A DNA stretch of 32,000 nt. Origin: Parasynechococcus marenigrum WH 8102 (lineage in GTDB: Bacteria > Cyanobacteriota > Cyanobacteriia > PCC-6307 > Cyanobiaceae). Positions 15,438 through 22,597 of the stretch are shown here, piece by piece. Both the position numbers and the translations under genes were made by a program. The first letter of the stretch is position 1. Each line of letters begins with the position of its first letter. The stretch lies in the NCBI RefSeq assembly GCF_000195975.1, contig NC_005070.1, positions 1,320,001-1,352,000 on the forward strand, read 5' to 3'. The notes under the pieces were generated by a model. It saw nothing but the letters and a program-made list of their open reading frames with translations, did not search any database and was not told the origin of the DNA.

Positions 15438-17838
15438 AACAAAAACTGTTCGGCGGCCACCTACTCCTGAACCGATGATCATTGTCGGTTGTCAGCGTGA
15501 GAAGACTCCGGAGGGTCGGCGCAAGCTGAACATTTCCCGCTCCAGCAGCATGGGAAATCCCTTTGTGCTGAAGGAGCACGGGGGTGATTGTGAGACTGCT
15601 GAAGAGGCCACCAACAAATACATCCAGTGGCTCTGGCCACGGCTGCGTGACACTAACTCCAAGGAATATGCCTGGTTTGAAAGCGCATCAGACCTGATGC
15701 ACTCGGGCCAGAAACTAATCCTGGGTTGTTGTGGTCATGATCATTGTCATGGTCTCTGGATCGCCCACCTCCTCAACACTGGTGATTGGCGTCGTTGGGA
15801 CACCCTGAATGTTCATGAGTGGTGCGACAACGTAACCAGACTGCTGGCCAAAAACTATGGAAAGTTCAAGGCTTTTGAGGAGGATGGATCGGCGTACACC
15901 GAATGGGAAGTTCTCCTAGGCCAGGTGGAGTTTCTTGATTGGGACGACAGGGCCCCAGGCAAGAAGCGACTGTATGCACTGTTATTTATCTTGCTACGTG
16001 CTCACGGTCCAGGTGGAGCACGTGAACTCATAACTGGCAACGCAGAAGCTCTCCTCAAAACCGTTGCGGTCATTAAAGAGATGGGTGAATTCCCCAAGAC
16101 TGAGCAACAGAAACAGCAGTCCGCGATGGACGAGCTGATTCAGGAGGGTTCCAGCAAAGCCGAAATCATGAGAACGGCGGCGCTCAATGGTGTCAGCAAC
16201 ACCTATTCCCTGGAGCGTTATGCCGAAGCGGCACAGGCTGAGAAGGAAACAGAGGAGGACATTCTTGAAGCCATCGACAAGCTCATGGATGCCGGCGAGG
16301 TGCCGGACATCAGGCTTGAGGATTACGTTCCAGCCAAATGGATTCCTGGCTTCAGGGTCCTGAGGGATGGCCTGAAGTTTCAGGATGACGTCTTGGTGGC
16401 GGTGATCGTCTGTTGCGTTGGAGCAATGCTCCCGCCGACGGCCCGCATCCAGGCCAAATCCATGGAGGAGAAGATCATCCTATGGATGTTCCTGATCGGC
16501 ACCAGTGGCGTCGCTAAATCAGTCTTGATCAAGCTGCTGTGTCTGACGCCGTTGAACTTCGGCGTCGTGCCGGCCGTGAAAGTAGTTAACGGCAAGGAGA
16601 ACGACGACTTCCGCAAGCAGAAGGCTGAGTACCACAAGGAAAAATCCAAGTGGGACAAGCTGAAACCAGAGGAGAAGGATGGAAAGGTTCCACCATCGCC
16701 GCCAGAGCCAACTCGGAAGAAGAACGTTATTTACACCTCGCCAACTACCCAGGGCATCAGAGCTGATCTTGCTGAGTTCGGTCCAATCATTCCAAGCCTG
16801 CTCGCCAAGGATGAGTTGTCGAGCTGGTTTAAGGAGATGGGCAGCACGGCACGACAGACGGACATGGAGTTCTATCTGTCGGCCTATGACGGCAGCTATT
16901 CCAATGAGGTTTTTGCTGACGCCCGTCTAAGCCGGGAGGTCACAGAAGCAGCACTATCAGTGTTGGGCGGAACCCAACCGAAGGTGTTCCTTCAGTATCT
17001 GGAAGCCGGTAATGCCAACGGGTTTAATGCCCGGCCATTGTTCTTCCAAGTCCCCCGGCTTGCCCGGACGCTGCTGGACAAACTAAACGCTGATCATGAT
17101 CTGACGCTCTACCTCGGTGATCTGTACGAGGCGGCGTTCAGATTGGGACCGATTGATCCCTTGCTGGCTTACTCAGAGGGGTTTTCCCATGGTGAGTGCC
17201 CGCCCGTTCCAGACATGGATCGGAAGCCGAAATTCTGGTTATCAGAATCGGCCACCGAGAAATTCGTAGAGGTGTTCAACCACCTGGAGGAGAAGTCGAT
17301 CTCTGCTGGTAGCGATGAGATCGAAGCATTGTGGGCTAAAGCGCCAGGACAGGTGCTGCGGGTTGCAGCGGCTATCCAGTTCATGCGGACCTACACCGGA
17401 ATGGAGCCGCAATCAGATGATTGGCAGCCCCCCGATGAATTGGTGCCACACGGCTTTTGGCGCAATCTTCGCCAACGGTTCAACTATGACGAGACCCAGG
17501 TAGAGGATCATGTCAGGAAGTTCTTCCCCCGCGTAAGCACCGAGACGATCATCTTGGCGACGAGATTAGTCATCGCCGGTAAAACCCAGGGCGTTGATCT
17601 GGTTGAACGTGGCAAGAACCCAATCCAGGAGATGTTGAGGGTGTTCCTGGCTTACACCAAAAAGCACACCCCAAAATCCTCCAGCAAGGGGGTCAAGCTC
17701 AGCACTATCAGAAAAAACGCCTGGAACGGTAAGGCCAGACCATCCGCTCCAGACATCAAACAGATGGCACAGCTGGCCAAGAGTCAGGGTCTGGTTGTTC
17801 TGGTTGAGGGCGGAACAGCGGTGAGGTCAGTCAGATGA
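15418..17838 (+). CDS. DUF4326-DUF3987 fusion protein (island replication helicase-like, YfjI/P4-type C-terminal region)
   Basis: Residues about 20-120 carry ..NISRSSSMGNPF..NKYIQWLW..LILGCCGHDHCHGLWIAHLL, the DUF4326 pattern. Residues about 330-720 carry the P-loop-like GTSGVAKS (nt 16498-16521) and a block YDGSYSNEVFADARLSREVTEAALSVLGGTQPKVF resembling DUF3987. Confidence 0.75.
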   Translation: MTLMASETKTVRRPPTPEPMIIVGCQREKTPEGRRKLNISRSSSMGNPFVLKEHGGDCETAEEATNKYIQWLWPRLRDTNSKEYAWFESASDLMHSGQKLILGCCGHDHCHGLWIAHLLNTGDWRRWDTLNVHEWCDNVTRLLAKNYGKFKAFEEDGSAYTEWEVLLGQVEFLDWDDRAPGKKRLYALLFILLRAHGPGGARELITGNAEALLKTVAVIKEMGEFPKTEQQKQQSAMDELIQEGSSKAEIMRTAALNGVSNTYSLERYAEAAQAEKETEEDILEAIDKLMDAGEVPDIRLEDYVPAKWIPGFRVLRDGLKFQDDVLVAVIVCCVGAMLPPTARIQAKSMEEKIILWMFLIGTSGVAKSVLIKLLCLTPLNFGVVPAVKVVNGKENDDFRKQKAEYHKEKSKWDKLKPEEKDGKVPPSPPEPTRKKNVIYTSPTTQGIRADLAEFGPIIPSLLAKDELSSWFKEMGSTARQTDMEFYLSAYDGSYSNEVFADARLSREVTEAALSVLGGTQPKVFLQYLEAGNANGFNARPLFFQVPRLARTLLDKLNADHDLTLYLGDLYEAAFRLGPIDPLLAYSEGFSHGECPPVPDMDRKPKFWLSESATEKFVEVFNHLEEKSISAGSDEIEALWAKAPGQVLRVAAAIQFMRTYTGMEPQSDDWQPPDELVPHGFWRNLRQRFNYDETQVEDHVRKFFPRVSTETIILATRLVIAGKTQGVDLVERGKNPIQEMLRVFLAYTKKHTPKSSSKGVKLSTIRKNAWNGKARPSAPDIKQMAQLAKSQGLVVLVEGGTAVRSVR

Positions 17839-17852
17839 CGTACCAACACGCA

Positions 17853-18120
17853 GTCCACTCCAGGTCCACTCCTTGTCCCCCTTCTTTTCCACCCCTACTT
17901 CTTAGTAGTAGTAGGGGTTTTGAAGACTGGGGGTGGATTGGAGCGGTGTCTGTTGGATCAGCAGGGATTGCCCCCTGGAACGTGAACAGCAGAACAACGG
18001 TGAGCCGGCCGCAGAATCTTTTACCCCTACGGGATGTCCACCTCTGCAACCCAAACCCGTTGCCCCAACTTGGATCCCTTGGTGGGAAACGACGGGGACA
18101 AGCGGTGGATTGGCGGTGGA
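17853..18120. repeat. Iteron-like field: seven copies of the core TCCAC/GTGGA, including two tandem pairs phased at 11 bp
   Basis: GTCCACTCC at 17853 and 17864. TCCACC at 17888 and 18037. GGTGGATTGG at 17932 and 18104. GCGGTGGA at 18102 and 18113. Confidence 0.45.
17892..17921 (+). terminator. Rho-independent terminator candidate after the helicase-like gene
   Basis: CCCCTACT (17892-17899) pairs with AGTAGGGG (17910-17917) and is followed by TTTT. Confidence 0.5.
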
Positions 18121-18172
18121 ACGTAAAAAATTCGTGTTCTGATCGCTGCGATTCACCGGAGGAAAAACTCTG

Positions 18173-18406
18173 ATGGGCCTTTCAAGGGAGCTTGAGGCAC
18201 TCAGACGCAGAGCAAACCGGGCAGCGTTAGCCACTCGGATGCCTGATATTGAGATTTTGGTCTATCACGAAGGTGATGAGATTCCCGAAGCAGCCTCTGA
18301 TTGGGCAATCAGGGTGATGATTGAAAAGAAGCGCGATTATTATGAACAAGGAGACCCTTCTCTCCATCCTGATGATGTCGCGGCCATTCAGGGAGAAGAC
18401 CCCTAG
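18173..18406 (+). CDS. Hypothetical protein (77 aa)
   Basis: ORF in the track, charged and helical, followed directly by a terminator hairpin. Confidence 0.5.
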   Translation: MGLSRELEALRRRANRAALATRMPDIEILVYHEGDEIPEAASDWAIRVMIEKKRDYYEQGDPSLHPDDVAAIQGEDP

Positions 18407-18430
18407 AAACCCCACTAGGGGTTTTCTTTT
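18407..18430 (+). terminator. Rho-independent terminator candidate
   Basis: AAACCCC (18407-18413), loop ACTA, GGGGTTT (18418-18424), then TCTTTT. Confidence 0.6.
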
Positions 18431-18473
18431 GGGCCTTTAATGTAGGTCTTGGCCAAATGGCCAGAACCGCCAT

Positions 18474-19034
18474 TCACGCGCCAGCCATCACACAGTCATT
18501 CTTCGCTGATTCAGACACGTCCAAATAATTGGACAGCATCGTCAGACTCGAATGGCCGCTGATTGATTGGATGTTGCGTAATGGGATCCCGTTCTGACTG
18601 GCAGCGGTCAAGAATGACCGTCGAAATGTATGGGTTGAGATTCCCTGCATCCCGATTTCACCAGCAGCCTTCCTCAACGCGTGATCGAAACCACGACGCG
18701 TCAGATGCTCGCCAGGATTCCTCCCTGGGAAGACCCAGTTATCTGGGCCGTTTAATGGAGCCACAACCTGCCGCCAGCTCGAAAGCTGATCGGCAAGATC
18801 TGGATGGATTGGAACGGTTCTTGTTCTCTTCTTCCCTTTGGTCGTTGGAGCGGCAAAGATAATTTCGGTCTTGCCGACGTACTGCCACTTGAGCTGTAGA
18901 CCTTCGGACACCCGAGCAGCGGTGCGTCTCAGCAAGGTGGCTAAGACACGATGATTTTCGGGCAGAACCGACAGCAACAGATCAAGCTCGGCAGTGGACA
19001 AGACCTCAGCTTTGCCGAAGCGATTGATCTTCAT
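18474..19034 (-). CDS. Tyrosine recombinase/integrase, catalytic domain only (186 aa)
   Basis: Catalytic residues are readable: R in TAARVSEGLQLKW, K in TTKGKKRTRTV, HxxR in STHTFRRS, and H..Y in SGHSSLTMLSNY. There is no N-terminal core-binding domain. Confidence 0.85.
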   Translation of the reverse strand: MKINRFGKAEVLSTAELDLLLSVLPENHRVLATLLRRTAARVSEGLQLKWQYVGKTEIIFAAPTTKGKKRTRTVPIHPDLADQLSSWRQVVAPLNGPDNWVFPGRNPGEHLTRRGFDHALRKAAGEIGMQGISTHTFRRSFLTAASQNGIPLRNIQSISGHSSLTMLSNYLDVSESAKNDCVMAGA

Positions 19035-19420
19035 AGATCTATTCAGTTACCGAGGTTCAGAGGCCAGGCAGAGACTGCCATGTCCTCAAATGAAAGGTAG
19101 AGGACTAGATGGCTACTTGAACAGCCATTACGTCAGATTCACGCACAGCATTATTTATCTAATTCGCAATCAAGATGATTCTTTTTGTCTTCAGCAATGC
19201 TGCTGTTTCGTGATGCTTGGTATCAGGATTACTGTTATCAGTAAGTCGAATAGCAGGGGGTGTGGTTGCAGTTTTTGCTTATACAATCGTAGAGCGGGGG
19301 ACTTACTTAATGACGATAGTAGAATGAGTAGCTAACCGTGTCAAGCAATTCTTTTGTAGAACAAATCCATGTGCATTTGATGTTGGAACGTATTACTATT
19401 GATGAAACACCACAATCCTT

Positions 19421-19651
19421 ATGGATAGTGATTGGGATCTAAGCATCGACGAATGGCGGTTGATGTCGCGGTGCACCAAGTGTGCACGCCAGCTTTATCC
19501 CTACAATCAACGCCAACAAGATTCCTGGGCAGAATCTGCATACAGGAAGTGCATCAACGGTCAATCCTCACCGGAGAACCTTAGAGACCGGCAGTCTCCA
19601 AGACTGTTGGAAATGCTTGCTAAGCGTCCACCCAAACTTCTTTACTACTGA
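19421..19651 (+). CDS. Hypothetical protein (76 aa)
   Basis: ORF in the track. Its stop shares one base with the next start (TGATG). Confidence 0.45.
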   Translation: MDSDWDLSIDEWRLMSRCTKCARQLYPYNQRQQDSWAESAYRKCINGQSSPENLRDRQSPRLLEMLAKRPPKLLYY

Positions 19652-20142
19652 TGCCTACTTTCGATCACACGGCTGATTTCGCCACCTGGTGGAGCCAGAC
19701 ATTCCCTGGAACGCAATGTCCACCACTGCCAAAGAAAAAGGGTGACTTGGGTCTGACTGCAGAGATTGCTTTGCAGTCTGACAATCCTGCACTTTTTCAG
19801 AACCTCTTCTCCAATGGGGGGCTGGGGTCAGGTTCTATGCCTGCCGATACTGTTGCCCGTAGGAATAGCGGACAACTCCTACCGCAGGACATCCCTCATC
19901 TCCGTGCTGCCGGTCTGGAGTGGGAAGCTCAGCAGGTGCAGCAACTGGACCAACGTCAGCAGGATCAGCGGGCTGCTGATGACCTCCTTGCGCTCCAGAA
20001 GCGGAATCGTCAGAACGATCTGGCTGTGCAGGCTCGTGCCTCTGAAACGAGTCACGATCGGTGGGCGCGGATGCTGAGCAAACCACCATCACCACAAGCG
20101 ATTGCAGCAGCCAGGTCCGCCTGGGGCATCACAGGTGAATGA
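19651..20142 (+). CDS. Hypothetical protein (163 aa) with Gln-rich coiled-coil-like C-terminal half
   Basis: ORF in the track. Overlapping stop/start codons at both ends (ATGA with the next gene). Confidence 0.5.
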   Translation: MPTFDHTADFATWWSQTFPGTQCPPLPKKKGDLGLTAEIALQSDNPALFQNLFSNGGLGSGSMPADTVARRNSGQLLPQDIPHLRAAGLEWEAQQVQQLDQRQQDQRAADDLLALQKRNRQNDLAVQARASETSHDRWARMLSKPPSPQAIAAARSAWGITGE

Positions 20143-20570
20143 CGTTTGCGATGGGCAAGAGACGTCGTGAAGACCAGGAACTGCCCCCCGTAGTCAAAAA
20201 GGCGTTAGTCCTTCGAGCATCGGGGGCTAGTTGGGTTGATTGTGCTGCTGCTGTTGGAACGTCAGCCACCAACCTCCGTGAATGGAGAAAGCATCCAGAT
20301 GCAGATGGATTCCTTCAGGAGGCCATCAAATCCAATCTGGAACAAGCTCATACTCTGCTGGCGGATGCTGCACCACGATTGGCGATGCGGCTCGTTGAAC
20401 TGGGTTTAGATCCCAAGGTGAAGGCTTACGCCCAGATCAGTGCCATCAGCGAAGCGTTCAAGGTGCTGCAACAGGGTGTGATCGACAAAGAGAACCAAGA
20501 TCAGATCCGTACCATCAAAGAAACACTCGAGCAGTTGGAGGGTGGAACGCCCAACGTGATCGATGTGTGA
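20139..20570 (+). CDS. Putative HTH DNA-binding protein (regulator, or terminase-small-subunit-like N-terminus)
   Basis: ..ALVLRASGASWVDCAAAVGTSATNLREWRKH.. reads as a helix-turn-helix, followed by a helical tail. A diverged copy of its 3' end occurs 383 nt downstream. Confidence 0.5.
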   Translation: MTFAMGKRRREDQELPPVVKKALVLRASGASWVDCAAAVGTSATNLREWRKHPDADGFLQEAIKSNLEQAHTLLADAAPRLAMRLVELGLDPKVKAYAQISAISEAFKVLQQGVIDKENQDQIRTIKETLEQLEGGTPNVIDV

Positions 20571-20657
20571 CAAAGCACACAGTTTGTGTTGTTGAGTTCC
20601 GCACATTGATCGGGTCTGACGCACTAATCACCGGAGAACTCGTCAAAATCTCAAAAC

Positions 20658-20840
20658 TTGGTCCTATGTATTTTGAACCGGCATCTTGAAGAACAGATCG
20701 AGATCTATCGATCGATGCTCTATCGAGAGGAATTTCTACCTCCAGATCCTCATGCTTGTGAGCATTGTGGGCCTATTTTACGTAAAATAGAAATACTGCA
20801 GAAGGAACTTGCAAATTACGAAAACCAAGCCGCTGCCTGA
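20658..20840 (+). CDS. Doubtful small ORF (60 aa from TTG; 41 aa from the first ATG)
   Basis: ORF in the track in a low-GC spacer. It contains the 10-bp palindrome ATCGATCGAT at 20707-20716. No family recognised. Confidence 0.2.
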   Translation: MVLCILNRHLEEQIEIYRSMLYREEFLPPDPHACEHCGPILRKIEILQKELANYENQAAA

Positions 20841-20856
20841 TTTTTCGTGTAAAGGT

Positions 20857-20953
20857 TGGGCGTGGTCGACAAGTAACACCAGGATCAGATCCATGCCATC
20901 AGATCAACCCTGGAACAAATCGAGGGTGGAACGCCCAACGTGATTGATGTCTG
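20857..20953 (+). pseudogene. Fossil 3' end of a homolog of gene 20139-20570
   Basis: Ungapped hand alignment to 20474-20570 gives 77/97 identities, with 31/33 in the last 33 nt. It translates GVVDK*HQDQIHAIRSTLEQIEGGTPNVIDV* against GVIDKENQDQIRTIKETLEQLEGGTPNVIDV*. There is an in-frame TAA and no upstream gene body. Confidence 0.7.
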
Positions 20954-21003
20954 AACGTCGCCCTATTTCACTTGATGAGGCTAAATATCGCGATCTTTGT
21001 ATT

Positions 21004-21585
21004 TTAGGAGAAATCGGTAGTTTTTCCTCTTTCACTAACTCCCGGGCCATAGGCTTTTTCAAGAATTTCGCCTACTTTCTGCTTGGCCGAATCAGGATCA
21101 AGTCCAAATAGTTCACGTTTAGGCGAAAGGCGATACCTTTTGAGTTTATGGTGTACAAGGTCTTCTGCTCCCTTCATATCTAACATTGGCCAGACATCGA
21201 TAATTTCAATAGAGTCCGGTGGACCAATATTGCCAGCTATTTCATCAATTCTTCTGTCAGGGTCGTCAGAATAACCAATTTTGACGCAGTCATTAAAGCC
21301 TTTTCTCTCGAGAGTCTCTTCCCAGATACTTTTTAGGTATGGAGCCCAGGCTATGTACACAAATCCCCTTTTAGAGTCTATTGCTTTTCTCCTAGCCTCC
21401 TCTGGTGAATTTGCCGAATCCCCATAGTAGGACTGTGCAGTTGCCGCAAAATTTATGAACTTAAATAACTTTACTATGGAGGCATATGTTTCGAGATAGT
21501 ATAGATAGTAGGGACCCTTTTTTGGACCCTCACCAGTCCAATCAATGTAATTAGCCATTCCATTAATCAATAATTTTTTTTCCAA
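21004..21585 (-). CDS. T5orf172 / GIY-YIG-superfamily-like domain protein
   Basis: C-terminal half GFVYIAWAP..VKIGYSDDPDRRIDEI..AEDLVHHKLKRYRLSPKRELFGLD matches the T5orf172 (MUG113-like) pattern. The track start is TTG, and the first ATG is at 21558. Very low GC. Confidence 0.65.
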   Translation of the reverse strand: MEKKLLINGMANYIDWTGEGPKKGPYYLYYLETYASIVKLFKFINFAATAQSYYGDSANSPEEARRKAIDSKRGFVYIAWAPYLKSIWEETLERKGFNDCVKIGYSDDPDRRIDEIAGNIGPPDSIEIIDVWPMLDMKGAEDLVHHKLKRYRLSPKRELFGLDPDSAKQKVGEILEKAYGPGVSERGKTTDFS

Positions 21586-21610
21586 GCCTAGTAATTGATT
21601 TGAGTATTTT

Positions 21611-22597
21611 TTATTGAATCGTATCTCGGAGAAATCTAGCCACGACCTGAGCAGTTTTCACCGTCGTAAAATGCTCTGCTGGAGATTGTTTGACGTCATT
21701 CAGGTAATCAACAAAGAAATCCAAACCCATTCCATATTTTTTTTCTTCGAACACACCAAGTCCCTGATCTCTCCAAACCTGTGACAACTTAGTGCTTAGA
21801 TTTAATTCCATTGCGGCAGCCATCGCTGCGCCGACAAGAGGTTCGGCTCCTTTTTGTAGTAGATGGGTCATAGCTTCAGCTGCAAATATTTCGTCGCCGT
21901 CTCTAAAAGTAAATTTGAGGGAGGATATTTCTTCAACATAATCTGTTTTGAGTCCGTTGTCACTAAAATTAGTCCCTTCATACTTAATGTTTTTACTGAT
22001 ATCTTTTTTGTATTTCTCAGGTCCAAATTTACTGAAAGTACTTTTATTTAAATCAAGCCAATACTGAGCAGCTTCCCCAAGATCTCTAGCGCCTTTATTT
22101 TTCTTATTCTTTTTAAGGAGAAATGAGGTGATCGCGCTACCAATATCCCTGAGATGCTTGATCTTTTCGGGATACATGGAATCGTCGACTTTCTGCAATC
22201 CGATAATCGGAGTAGAAGGGTCCTTTGAATCAGCATCCCAATTCACATAGAATAAATTGCTTTTTTTAATCGTATCAAGCAGTGAAATGAATAAATAATC
22301 CTCGAATCTCTGTTGAAAATAGCCAACTCTATATTTTGACTGTTTTGCCCTCAGCTTTCGAACTCTATCTGGATTGTAGTCCCTCACTCTTTTTGAGCAC
22401 CCATCGTTGTTTTCTCGAAATTTCGCGTGTGCAAAATGTGGGGTTCTTATTTCTCCTCTTTTTAGAAATACGTTCGCCCTGCACTCGGAGCAGACAATTA
22501 GGTTCTTGCCGATTAACCACCCATCATCACCATCCATCTTGAGGAATTCCTCAACGCTCATTGTTTCGAGCTTTACTAGGGAAAACGCGTAATCCAT
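21611..22597 (-). CDS. Protein with CoiA-N-terminal-like zinc-ribbon/HFAH motif; remainder unrecognised (328 aa)
   Basis: ..LIVCSECRANVFLKRGEIRTPHFAHAKFRENNDGC.. resembles the CxxC..G....HFAH..C head of CoiA-family proteins. Its ATG shares one base with the recombinase stop (TGATG). Lowest GC in the window. Confidence 0.55.
   Translation of the reverse strand: MDYAFSLVKLETMSVEEFLKMDGDDGWLIGKNLIVCSECRANVFLKRGEIRTPHFAHAKFRENNDGCSKRVRDYNPDRVRKLRAKQSKYRVGYFQQRFEDYLFISLLDTIKKSNLFYVNWDADSKDPSTPIIGLQKVDDSMYPEKIKHLRDIGSAITSFLLKKNKKNKGARDLGEAAQYWLDLNKSTFSKFGPEKYKKDISKNIKYEGTNFSDNGLKTDYVEEISSLKFTFRDGDEIFAAEAMTHLLQKGAEPLVGAAMAAAMELNLSTKLSQVWRDQGLGVFEEKKYGMGLDFFVDYLNDVKQSPAEHFTTVKTAQVVARFLRDTIQ

Noticed and set aside
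17835-18173. 112-aa plus-strand ORF, and overlapping minus-strand ORFs, in the gap after the helicase gene
   Set aside because: The Pro/Ser/Trp/Gly-rich sequence does not look protein-like. The ORF crosses a terminator-like hairpin. The region is better explained as a repeat field.
19321-19352. Patchy similarity between 19321-19352 (AATGAGTAGCTAACCGTGTCAAGC) and 24626-24657 (AATGACTCTAGCTACCTATGCAAGTC)
   Set aside because: The match needs gaps and reaches only about 17/26 identities, so it cannot be told apart from chance by eye.
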